Under the pieces are notes generated by a model. That model was not told the origin of the DNA, searched no databases, and saw nothing but the letters and a program-made list of their open reading frames with translations. From Thermoprotei archaeon (GTDB lineage Archaea; Thermoproteota; Thermoprotei; Thermoproteales; B15-G16): a stretch of DNA of 16,601 bases. The stretch spans positions 1 through 16,601 of the forward strand of contig QMRC01000019.1 of assembly GCA_003649205.1 (NCBI GenBank). Direction: 5' to 3'. Positions 1 to 7,410 of this stretch are shown here, in pieces. The first letter of the stretch is position 1, and the number at the start of each line of letters is the position of its first letter. The position numbers were made by a program, and so were the translations under genes.

Positions 1-276
1 AGGACTTACACCAGTGTACATACCCCTCCTAGCTAACTCACACCTAAGATCCTCAACAGCATCAACAGCTCTAGAGACCAACTCATACCTACGGAATCTA
101 GACCTAGGAACAGACCTCATCACAATAAGTACATCCACATCACTAGTACACGTAAAATCACCGCGAGCAATAGAACCAAACACAGCTACCGAAACGACAT
201 CCTCACCAAATTCCCTCAAAAGAACATCAACAAACCTCCTCACAAGTAACCAAACCAAATCCTTCACACTAGACAT
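1..276 (-). CDS. Minimal nucleotidyltransferase (MNT, Pol-beta superfamily) domain protein, 3' end beyond the window
   Basis: Manual translation from ATG at 276: MSSVKDLVWLLVRRFVDVLLREFGEDVVSVAVFGSIARGDFTCTSDVDVLIVMRS..., with the GS-x10-DxD motif (FGSIARGDFTCTSDVDV). The frame is open to base 1. Not in the ORF track. Confidence 0.9.
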   Translation of the reverse strand, partial: MSSVKDLVWLLVRRFVDVLLREFGEDVVSVAVFGSIARGDFTCTSDVDVLIVMRSVPRSRFRRYELVSRAVDAVEDLRCELARRGMYTGVSP

Positions 277-300
277 CGAGTTAGGTAACTCTGGTACAGA

Positions 301-308
301 CTTATAAG
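301..308 (-). promoter_or_regulatory. TATA box for the MNT gene (probably a leaderless mRNA)
   Basis: CTTATAAG about 25 nt upstream of the ATG at 276. Confidence 0.6.
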
Positions 309-365
309 TCAGCAATTCATGGAATTGAGCTGTACGTAGCATCAACGCAATCAATAGGTCACGAA

Positions 366-414
366 TCAGCAAGCCGAGACTCCTCATCAATCAGTGGTAC
401 AACCGGTTCATCAC
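366..414 (-). ncRNA. C/D-box 2'-O-methylation guide sRNA (second of a tandem pair)
   Basis: Minus strand reads GTGATGA (C, 414-408), ACCGGTTGTACCA (13-nt guide), CTGA (D', 394-391), T, TGATGA (C', 389-384), GGAGTCTCGGCTTG (14-nt guide), CTGA (D, 369-366). Box order and spacing match archaeal C/D sRNAs. Confidence 0.88.
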
Positions 415-439
415 AGAGCACCTAGTAGGTAGCTAGACA

Positions 440-488
440 TCAGTAAACCATAGGTTCATCACGCATCAGAGCGACCGAAAATCATCAC
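440..488 (-). ncRNA. C/D-box 2'-O-methylation guide sRNA (first of a tandem pair)
   Basis: Minus strand reads GTGATGA (C, 488-482), TTTTCGGTCGCT (12-nt guide), CTGA (D', 469-466), TGC, GTGATGA (C', 462-456), ACCTATGGTTTA (12-nt guide), CTGA (D, 443-440). All four boxes are perfect consensus and the spacers are the canonical 12 nt. Confidence 0.92.
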
Positions 489-533
489 ATAGATATCTGA
501 AGTTCTGATATCTGAGATGTGGAGGTAGGGATT

Positions 534-612
534 TGGTGCGGCGGCCGGGATTTGAACCCGGGCTCACTGGCTCGGGGGGCCAGCATCCTAGTCCAGGCTA
601 GACGACCGCCGC
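534..612 (-). tRNA. tRNA-Gly(CCC), intronless, CCA encoded
   Basis: Reverse complement: GCGGCGG TC GTCTAGCCTGGACTAGGAT G CTGGC CCCCCGA GCCAG TGAGC CCGGG TTCAAAT CCCGG CCGCCGC A CCA. It forms a full cloverleaf with anticodon CCC and discriminator A. Confidence 0.96.
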
Positions 613-642
613 AATACCCCTCATCTCTAATTCCTTTGGGAC

Positions 643-649
643 TTATTAA
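643..649 (-). promoter_or_regulatory. TATA box of the tRNA-Gly gene
   Basis: TTAATAA on the minus strand about 30 nt upstream of the mature tRNA 5' end. Confidence 0.6.
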
Positions 650-707
650 CTTACAGTCAACGCTCCTCTTCTCAGTACTGCTTTCTCGAATACCTAATTC
701 TCAATCT

Positions 708-714
708 TTATAAA
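708..714 (+). promoter_or_regulatory. TATA box for the radical SAM gene (leaderless mRNA)
   Basis: TTTATAA(A) about 26 nt upstream of the ATG at 740. No SD is present. Confidence 0.65.
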
Positions 715-739
715 CTAGATTGTATCAGTAATACTATCG

Positions 740-2074
740 ATGTACGTATGTACTACATTTGAGAGGTTTCTCGTTGATAAGGTTGTTGATAGGGTAAGGT
801 ATGGAGTTGTATTTTCACTGAGAGATTTCGATTTCAGTAATGTTTCTGAGCTATATGTTCCTGGGAGGAGGAATGTCGGTGTCTATGTTCATGTTCCTTT
901 TTGTCGTTCTATCTGTCCATACTGTCCATACTATAAGGTTGTAGTGAGTGAGTCTAGTATTCGTTCTTGGTTGAGAGGTATTGTTAAGGAGATTGAGTTA
1001 GTTAGTAAAGTACTTCATGAGTTTGGTGTTGATGTTGTAATTGAGTGGGTGTACTTTGGTGGTGGTACTCCAAGTCTCTTACCTATTGATGTGCTGAGTG
1101 AGGTTCTTGAGGTTTTGCGTAGTTCGTTCAATGTTGTTGGTGAGGTCGGTATTGAGGCTAATCCTCTCGATCTTTCTCTGGATAAGGTCTCGAAATTGCT
1201 TGAACTCGGAATTACGAAGCTTAGTATCGGTGTTCAGTCCTTTCAAGATAAGTACCTCAGGATTTTGGGAAGAATTGAAGCTGGTAGAGCTAGTGAAGTA
1301 GCTAAGATACTTCGTGAAGTGATTGAGGAAACTGATGTTCACGTAAATGTTGACCTCATGTTTGCTCTTCCAACACAGACAACTGATGACTTCATCACTG
1401 ACGTTATGATGGTTATCGATCTCGGTATTCCTCAGGTAACAACATATCCACTCATATTGGTGAGAGGACTTAGACTGAGGAAGCTAATTGAGGAAGGAGT
1501 TTTACCAAAAGTTCCTGACCTAGGTACGGAGTTAGCTATGTTGAAGAGAGCTAGAGATATCCTCGAGGAGCATGGTTACAGAATGTGTACCATCTGGTCC
1601 TGGACTAAGGTGAGAAAATTCTACGAAACTGTTAGCAATGAGATGGAGGGTGATTACCTCGGATTCGGTCCTGGAGCATTTAGTTTAATTCGTGAATTTG
1701 AGCATCTAAACATACCATCCATCGAGAAGTGGTATCAAGCAGTAACTAGTGGTAGATTCCTGAAGTACGTCAGCTACGTAGATAAGGAGAAGCTACTCTG
1801 GCGTGCATTTGGCAATCAGCTCTATACGGGAACTGTGGATCTGAATTACTTGAGAAGTAGGTATTACGAGCTGAAGAAGACATTGAACAGAGTAGAGAAA
1901 ATTACTAAGGTACTCGCTCTACTCAAGTACTTGAAGAAATCAGGTACCACCTATAAATTAACTTGGAGAGGTCACAGGTTAGCTCACATATTCACTAAGG
2001 TATTCGTTGAGAAAGTACCATGTGAAATAACTATACAAGCTATGCAGCAGAGACACGAACTAGTACTTAGGTAG
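740..2074 (+). CDS. HemN-like (coproporphyrinogen III oxidase family) radical SAM protein
   Basis: Motifs YVHVPFCRSICPYCPY (CxxxCxxC), YFGGGTPS, IEANP, LSIGVQSF, VNVDLMFALP and YLGFGPGA are characteristic of the HemN/HemW family. Confidence 0.9.
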   Translation: MYVCTTFERFLVDKVVDRVRYGVVFSLRDFDFSNVSELYVPGRRNVGVYVHVPFCRSICPYCPYYKVVVSESSIRSWLRGIVKEIELVSKVLHEFGVDVVIEWVYFGGGTPSLLPIDVLSEVLEVLRSSFNVVGEVGIEANPLDLSLDKVSKLLELGITKLSIGVQSFQDKYLRILGRIEAGRASEVAKILREVIEETDVHVNVDLMFALPTQTTDDFITDVMMVIDLGIPQVTTYPLILVRGLRLRKLIEEGVLPKVPDLGTELAMLKRARDILEEHGYRMCTIWSWTKVRKFYETVSNEMEGDYLGFGPGAFSLIREFEHLNIPSIEKWYQAVTSGRFLKYVSYVDKEKLLWRAFGNQLYTGTVDLNYLRSRYYELKKTLNRVEKITKVLALLKYLKKSGTTYKLTWRGHRLAHIFTKVFVEKVPCEITIQAMQQRHELVLR

Positions 2075-2554
2075 TGTACCTCCCTCCTAAGCTAGCCTTC
2101 ACCTAAACTAGAGGTACTTACCTCAATACTGCGTACCTATCTATGCATTCCTCTCGTGCCCTCAGTCAGAATGATAAGTTCTCTCGACCTATTATCTGCT
2201 ATCACCTCCTATATCTTGGTGTAATTGGCTTTTCGTAGCTTTCTAGTGTAAGTATCTAGGTAGTAGTCTGGTTACAAGTTAGAGATCCGAAGGAGAATGG
2301 AGAATTTAGGACGAGGTATTCCTGAAGTCAGTAAGTACTGGATTGAGTTGACGAGGTAGGTCTACTAAGGTCATTACCAAGCTAAGTGTGGCACCGTAAA
2401 CTAAATGTGGGTATATGAATGAGATAGTGACTATTGACCTATGTAGATCTTAAGCGTATTGAATATACCCTATCTTCTCGAGTGCTGTGTCTCATCAGCT
2501 CGGTATCTAAGTTAGCTTATAAGATGTTGGTGAACTCCTCGGGTGAGAGTAGTG

Positions 2555-2568
2555 AGGAAAGTTTTTAA
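2555..2568 (+). promoter_or_regulatory. BRE/TATA promoter for the uL24 sub-operon
   Basis: Purine-rich AGGAAAG followed by TTTTTAA (2562-2568). SD GGTGA at 2606-2610 precedes the ATG at 2617. Confidence 0.6.
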
Positions 2569-2616
2569 TCAACTTCACTTATACATGGTGCGACAGCAAT
2601 TACTCGGTGAAGTTAC

Positions 2617-3087
2617 ATGCCAAAGAGGGAGTACGTATCGAGGTGGCCTATAGCATCGAGTAAACCGAAGAAGCAGCGTAAAGCATACTTCAATGCACCA
2701 CTACATAAGAGGCAGAAGTTCGTTACAGCACCGCTAGCTAAGCCACTACAGCGTGAACTAGGTATCAAGAGGTTACCTGTTAGGAAGGGTGATACGGTAC
2801 TCGTAGTCAGGGGTGACTTCAAGGGTCTTGAAGGTAAGGTCGTTGAGGTTGATCTCAAGAGAATGAGAATTTTCGTTGAAGGAGCAGTGATAAAGAAACC
2901 AACAGGAGAGACCGTGTACTACCCAATACACCCATCTAAAGTCGTGATAACCAAGCTAGATCTCAGTGATTCAAAGAGGAAGGAAGTTATTGAGAGGAAG
3001 AAGAAAGCTAGGGAAGAGTTTCTCAAAAAGTTGAGAGAGTTCAAGGAGAAGGTAACTACATCCACCACACCTCAATCAGGTAGTTAG
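2617..3087 (+). CDS. rpl24: 50S ribosomal protein uL24 (archaeal L24P / eukaryotic L26-type)
   Basis: [20 protein letters not shown] motif [16 protein letters not shown], and [13 protein letters not shown]. Confidence 0.96.
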   Translation: MPKREYVSRWPIASSKPKKQRKAYFNAPLHKRQKFVTAPLAKPLQRELGIKRLPVRKGDTVLVVRGDFKGLEGKVVEVDLKRMRIFVEGAVIKKPTGETVYYPIHPSKVVITKLDLSDSKRKEVIERKKKAREEFLKKLREFKEKVTTSTTPQSGS

Positions 3088-3098
3088 GGGGTTTAGAT

Positions 3099-3851
3099 AT
3101 GCCATCTCTCAGACACCTACGTAGGTCTTGTGCCCCCTACTTCTGGCCTATACTTCGTAAGGAGTATGTCTGGACAGTTAAACCAGCTCCTGGACCACAT
3201 CCCAAGGATAAGTGCTTCCCATTACTCATAATCGTTAGAGATATCTTAGGCTACGCTAAGACAGCTAGAGAAGCTAGGAGGATACTGGCTGAAGGCCACA
3301 TTAAGGTTGATGGTGTTGTTCGTAGAGACTACAAGTTCCCTGTAGGTCTAATGGATGTGGTAGAAGTTGTTGATACAGGTGAGTGTTACAGGGTGGTACC
3401 TCACCCAACTAAGTACCTAACACTACACCCCATATCACCTGAAGAGGCTAAGTTCAAGCTATGTAGGATAAACAATAAGACAACCGTTAAGGGCGGTCAT
3501 ATACAGCTGAATCTACACGACGGTAGGAACATCTTGATTAGAGTTAAAGATCCACTAAATCCAGTTGAGGATGTATATACAACACTTGATGTAGTTAAGA
3601 TAAGTTTACCTGATCAACAGATACTAGATCACTACAGATGCGATCTAGGTTACTGGGCTATTGTTACTGATGGCGCTAACGTAGGTAAGGTAGGTAGGAT
3701 AGTGACAATAGTTCAAATCTTCAAGAGAAGACAAGCAGTAGTTACTCTCGAGACACCTAGCGGTAAGGAGATTAGGACAATACTTGACTACGTATTCGTC
3801 GTTGGGAAGGATAAGCCTGAGATCTCACTTCCAGAAGAAGCATTTGATTAG
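3099..3851 (+). CDS. rps4e: 30S ribosomal protein eS4 (S4e)
   Basis: HLRRSCAPYFWPI, PAPGPHP, KVDGVVRRDYKFPVGLMDVV and QLNLHDGRNI. Confidence 0.97.
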   Translation: MPSLRHLRRSCAPYFWPILRKEYVWTVKPAPGPHPKDKCFPLLIIVRDILGYAKTAREARRILAEGHIKVDGVVRRDYKFPVGLMDVVEVVDTGECYRVVPHPTKYLTLHPISPEEAKFKLCRINNKTTVKGGHIQLNLHDGRNILIRVKDPLNPVEDVYTTLDVVKISLPDQQILDHYRCDLGYWAIVTDGANVGKVGRIVTIVQIFKRRQAVVTLETPSGKEIRTILDYVFVVGKDKPEISLPEEAFD

Positions 3852-3859
3852 GTGGGATC

Positions 3860-4450
3860 ATGAGTGAAGCACCTACACCACAGGTATCTGGTGAACCTCG
3901 AGTAGTTGAAACTAGTAAGGGACCAGTGCTAGTTATAGATCACCCGATGAGAGCTATCATGATAGATAAGGTAGTTGTGAACATTGCACTTGGTCAATCA
4001 GGTGAGAGGTTACATAAGGTAGCTAAGATCTTGGAGAGTATTACAGGTCAAAGACCATCTCTAAGGAAGGCTAAGAGGACGATTAAGGAGTTTGGTATTA
4101 GGAAGGGAGAACCGATTGCGTGTATGGTAACACTTAGGGGTAGGAGAGCATATGAGTTTCTGAAGAAAGCACTTGAAGCTATTGGTAATGTGGTGAAGGT
4201 ATCTAGCTTCGATAGGTTTGGTAATCTAAGCTTCGGTATTAGGGAATACATCACGATACCTGGTGTTAAGTACGATCCGACAGTAGGTATGTTCGGTATG
4301 GATGTTGTTGTTGCACTAGCTAGACCTGGATTTAGGGTTGCTAGGAGGAGAAGGAGGAGAGGAACTGTACCTATGAGACATAGGGTAACGAGGGATGAGG
4401 CAATACTTTTCTTCAAGTACGTATTCGGTACGAGGGTACTGGAGGAGTGA
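3860..4450 (+). CDS. rpl5: 50S ribosomal protein uL5
   Basis: HPMR..IDKVVVNI, ITGQRP, FGIRKGEPIACMVTLRG, SFDRFGNLSFGI and GMFGMDV. There is a short N-terminal extension. Confidence 0.97.
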   Translation: MSEAPTPQVSGEPRVVETSKGPVLVIDHPMRAIMIDKVVVNIALGQSGERLHKVAKILESITGQRPSLRKAKRTIKEFGIRKGEPIACMVTLRGRRAYEFLKKALEAIGNVVKVSSFDRFGNLSFGIREYITIPGVKYDPTVGMFGMDVVVALARPGFRVARRRRRRGTVPMRHRVTRDEAILFFKYVFGTRVLEE

Positions 4451-4459
4451 GGTGGGTGT

Positions 4460-4624
4460 ATGGCTAAGATTAAACCACCTAAGCAGAGGAAGTTTGGTAA
4501 GGGAACTCTTAGATGTAGGAGATGTGGTACTCACGAAGCTATTATCAGGAAGTACGGTCTAATGCTTTGTAGGAGATGCTTTAGGGAAGTTGCTGAGCAA
4601 CTTGGCTTCAAGAAGTATTTCTAA
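4460..4624 (+). CDS. rps14: 30S ribosomal protein uS14 (Zn-binding type)
   Basis: Manual translation [54 protein letters not shown] (54 aa) has CxxC...CxxC. SD GAGGTG upstream. Absent from the ORF track. Confidence 0.97.
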   Translation: MAKIKPPKQRKFGKGTLRCRRCGTHEAIIRKYGLMLCRRCFREVAEQLGFKKYF

Positions 4625-4635
4625 CCTAGAGCAGG

Positions 4636-4643
4636 TTTTTAAA
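4636..4643 (+). promoter_or_regulatory. Internal TATA box upstream of uS8 (the T-run may also terminate the upstream transcript)
   Basis: TTTTTAAA about 33 nt before the ATG at 4676. Confidence 0.5.
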
Positions 4644-4675
4644 GCTCTTGAGTACCTTACTCGGAGGGCTAAACC

Positions 4676-5068
4676 ATGGTAATGCTTGATCCACTTGCAA
4701 ATGCACTAGCAACGATAATGAATTGCGAGATGAGGGGACACAAGGAATGTATCATCTGGCCAGCTTCGAAGCTAATTGCGGCTGTGCTGAGGGTCATGCA
4801 GAGATATGGCTACATTGGTGAGGTAGAGTTCATTGATGATGGTAGGACAGGTAAGTTCAAGGTCCAGCTACTCGGTAGAATAAATAAGTGCGGTGTCATT
4901 AAACCTAGATTCCCGGTAAAGTACAGGGAAATTATTGAGTGGGAGAAGAAGATCCTACCAGCCAGGAACATCGGTATCCTCATACTTTCTACCCCTAGAG
5001 GTGTCATGTCTCATCACGAAGCTAAGCAACTGAGGATCGGTGGTGTCTTACTAGCATACTGCTACTAG
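4676..5068 (+). CDS. rps8: 30S ribosomal protein uS8
   Basis: [51 protein letters not shown] and GGVLLAYCY. Confidence 0.98.
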   Translation: MVMLDPLANALATIMNCEMRGHKECIIWPASKLIAAVLRVMQRYGYIGEVEFIDDGRTGKFKVQLLGRINKCGVIKPRFPVKYREIIEWEKKILPARNIGILILSTPRGVMSHHEAKQLRIGGVLLAYCY

Positions 5069-5078
5069 GTGATACACC

Positions 5079-5555
5079 ATGAGTGAGGTTAAGGTGGAGC
5101 TACCTAAGCCGAAATCAGAACTAATGACCAAGCTAGGTAGGTTGATGAAGTTAAAGAGGAAGATGAAACAGAAGAAACCTGAATTCATGAGAATGGATGA
5201 GTGGAGATTCGTGAGAATAGCTAGGAAGGACTCATGGAGACGACCTAAGGGTCTAGATAATAAGATCAGGAAGGAGATCAAAGGATACCCACCACGTGTA
5301 AAGGTCGGTTACAGGACACCTAAGGACGTTAGAGGACTACACCCTTCAGGATTTATCGAGGTTCTAGTTCACAGACCACAGGACCTAGAGGGTCTAGATC
5401 CAAGTAAGCACGCTATCAGGATAGCTCATACAGTTGGTAAGAAGAAGAGAATTGAGATAATTAAGGTGGCTATTAAAAGGGGATTCAAGATACTCAATCT
5501 GAGAAAGGAAGAAAGGGAGGTACTAGCTGAATTACTTAAATCTGAAACTACTTAG
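5079..5555 (+). CDS. rpl32e: 50S ribosomal protein eL32 (L32e)
   Basis: KKPEFMR, SWRRPKGLDNKIR, VGYRTPKDVRGLHPSGF and IAHTVGKKKR. Confidence 0.97.
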   Translation: MSEVKVELPKPKSELMTKLGRLMKLKRKMKQKKPEFMRMDEWRFVRIARKDSWRRPKGLDNKIRKEIKGYPPRVKVGYRTPKDVRGLHPSGFIEVLVHRPQDLEGLDPSKHAIRIAHTVGKKKRIEIIKVAIKRGFKILNLRKEEREVLAELLKSETT

Positions 5556-5564
5556 CTGTGAAGG

Positions 5565-5577
5565 GAAAGGTTAAATA
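5565..5577 (+). promoter_or_regulatory. BRE/TATA upstream of eL19
   Basis: GAAAGG followed by TTAAATA (5571-5577). SD GGTGAGG precedes the ATG at 5613. Confidence 0.6.
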
Positions 5578-5612
5578 TACTGAGTTGCAAGTAGCTCGGT
5601 GAGGAATGAGCC

Positions 5613-6077
5613 ATGACCAAGCTAACACTTCAAAAGCGTTTAGCTGCTGAAGTACTTGGAGTTGGTGAGTCACGTATTTGGATTGACCCAACTAGAATAG
5701 ATGAGGTAGCTGATGCCATAACTAGGGAAGACGTTAAGAGATTGATTAAGGATGGTGTAATTCGCGTTAAGCCACCTCACGTCAATAGTAGAGGTAGGTG
5801 GAGGGAAAGACACGAGCAGAAGAAGAAAGGTAGGAGAAGAGGTCACGGTAGTAGAAAGGGTGAGAAAGGTGCTAGAGCTGGTAAGAAGGAGCAGTGGGTC
5901 AATAAGATCAGAGCAATTAGGAGATACCTCAAGATGCTGAAGGAGAAGAGGCTAATCTCAACGAAGACCTTCAGAATGCTCTATAGACTAGCTAAGGGAG
6001 GTTACTTCAGGAGCGTAGCACACGTTAAGGCATACATTGAGGAACATAACCTACTGGAGAAGAAACCTATTAGGTGA
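5613..6077 (+). CDS. rpl19e: 50S ribosomal protein eL19 (L19e)
   Basis: [33 protein letters not shown] and [10 protein letters not shown]. Confidence 0.98.
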   Translation: MTKLTLQKRLAAEVLGVGESRIWIDPTRIDEVADAITREDVKRLIKDGVIRVKPPHVNSRGRWRERHEQKKKGRRRGHGSRKGEKGARAGKKEQWVNKIRAIRRYLKMLKEKRLISTKTFRMLYRLAKGGYFRSVAHVKAYIEEHNLLEKKPIR

Positions 6078-6082
6078 AGTAC

Positions 6083-6727
6083 ATGGCTAGAGGACCGAGG
6101 TACAAGGTACCATTTAGGAGGAGAAGAGAAGGACTAACTAACTACTACAAACGCAGGAAGTACATCCTATCTGGAAAGCCAAGACTAGTCATTAGGAAGA
6201 CCCTTAACCACATGATAGTACAGGTCATTGCGGCTAAACCTGAAGGAGACATAACTCTAGTATCAGCTCACACACGAGAACTAGTTAGAGACTTTGGATG
6301 GAAGGCTAACTGCGGTAACACACCAGCGGCATACCTAGCTGGACTCTTAGCAGGTTACAAGGCTCTCCTCAAGGGAATTAAGGAGGCAATAATCGACATA
6401 GGTCTTCACAGACCTATTAAGGGATCTAGAGTATTTGCAGCACTTAAAGGTGCTCTAGATGCTGGTTTACATGTACCCCACTCAGAGGAGATTTTACCCG
6501 ATGAAGATAGAGTACGTGGTGTACACATAGCTGAGTACGCTAGGATGTTAGCTGAAAAGGATCCAGAGCGTTACAGGAGACAGTTCTCGAAGTACCTTGA
6601 GAATGGGCTTAGACCAGAAGACCTACCGAAGCATTTTGAGGAGGTGCTGAGTAGAATTAAGGAGAAGTACGAGAAGTTACTTGCTGAAAGGGGTATCGTT
6701 GTAGCTGCTGAGGAGACTCAGAAGTAG
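6083..6727 (+). CDS. rpl18: 50S ribosomal protein uL18
   Basis: [34 protein letters not shown] and GALDAGL. The ATG at 6083 is preferred over the GTG at 6074 because the SD AGGTGA lies at 6072-6077. Confidence 0.97.
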   Translation: MARGPRYKVPFRRRREGLTNYYKRRKYILSGKPRLVIRKTLNHMIVQVIAAKPEGDITLVSAHTRELVRDFGWKANCGNTPAAYLAGLLAGYKALLKGIKEAIIDIGLHRPIKGSRVFAALKGALDAGLHVPHSEEILPDEDRVRGVHIAEYARMLAEKDPERYRRQFSKYLENGLRPEDLPKHFEEVLSRIKEKYEKLLAERGIVVAAEETQK

Positions 6728-6746
6728 ATGTGCTTTTGAGAGTAAG

Positions 6747-6753
6747 TTTTTAA
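6747..6753 (+). promoter_or_regulatory. TATA box upstream of uS5
   Basis: AAG followed by TTTTTAA, the same motif found before uL24 and uL15. Confidence 0.5.
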
Positions 6754-6801
6754 GTTTAGGGTACGTGGGGGTAGACGACACTCTTATTGAGGGGTTACTT
6801 C

Positions 6802-7410
6802 ATGGCATCAGCACTTGAGGAGTGGGTTCCTAAAACTAGGCTGGGTTGGTTGGTTAAGGAGGGTAAGATAACGAGTATTGACCAGATTTTCGCCATGAAC
6901 TTACCCATTAAGGAAGTCGAGATTGTGGACTACCTACTACCTGACCTAAAGCACGAGATAATCAACGTAAACATCGTACAGAGGCAGACAGATGCTGGTG
7001 AGGTCAGTAGATTTCAGGTAGTTGTCGCGGTAGGTAATGAAGATGGTTACGTCGGTGTTGGTGTAGGTAAGGCTAAGCAAGTGAGAGAAGCAATTGAGAA
7101 AGCCATTGTAGATGCGAAGCTTAACATAGTACCTGTTAGGAGAGGTTGCGGTTCATGGGACTGCTCATGTAATGAGCCACACAGCGTACCGTTTAGAGTT
7201 AGAGGTAAGTGTGGTAGTGTTGTAGTTGAGCTACTACCCGCACCTAAGGGTGTTGGTCTAGTAGCTGCTGATGTAGCTAAGGTAGTACTTAGACTAGCTG
7301 GAATAAGAGACGTGTGGACTAGGACATTTGGTAGAACAAGAACAACAATAAACTTCGCTAGAGCTGTATGGGATGCATTGAGGAGAACATACGATGTTAA
7401 GGGGATTTAG
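6802..7410 (+). CDS. rps5: 30S ribosomal protein uS5
   Basis: WVPKTRLGWLVKEGKI, QRQTDAGE, VGNEDGYVGVG and RRGCGSW. The ATG at 6802 follows SD GAGGGG. Confidence 0.97.
   Translation: MASALEEWVPKTRLGWLVKEGKITSIDQIFAMNLPIKEVEIVDYLLPDLKHEIINVNIVQRQTDAGEVSRFQVVVAVGNEDGYVGVGVGKAKQVREAIEKAIVDAKLNIVPVRRGCGSWDCSCNEPHSVPFRVRGKCGSVVVELLPAPKGVGLVAADVAKVVLRLAGIRDVWTRTFGRTRTTINFARAVWDALRRTYDVKGI

Noticed and set aside
14-307. 97-aa + strand ORF
   Set aside because: It is the antisense shadow of the MNT gene, which carries the recognisable motif.
405-462. Repeated GGTTCATCAC, considered as a CRISPR or tandem repeat
   Set aside because: The repeat is too short and is fully explained by the C/C' boxes (GTGATGA) of the minus-strand sRNAs.
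534-612. tRNA as the attachment site of an integrated element
   Set aside because: There is no integrase and no duplicated tRNA fragment in the window.
519-713. 64-aa + strand ORF
   Set aside because: It is antisense to tRNA-Gly and its promoter.
1079-1342. Short ORFs inside the radical SAM gene
   Set aside because: They are alternate-frame or antisense shadows with no motifs.
2161-2210. Possible further C/D sRNA (minus-strand GTGATAG...CTGA), and CTGATGA near 2492-2498
   Set aside because: The boxes are degenerate and there is no correctly spaced D'/C' pair.
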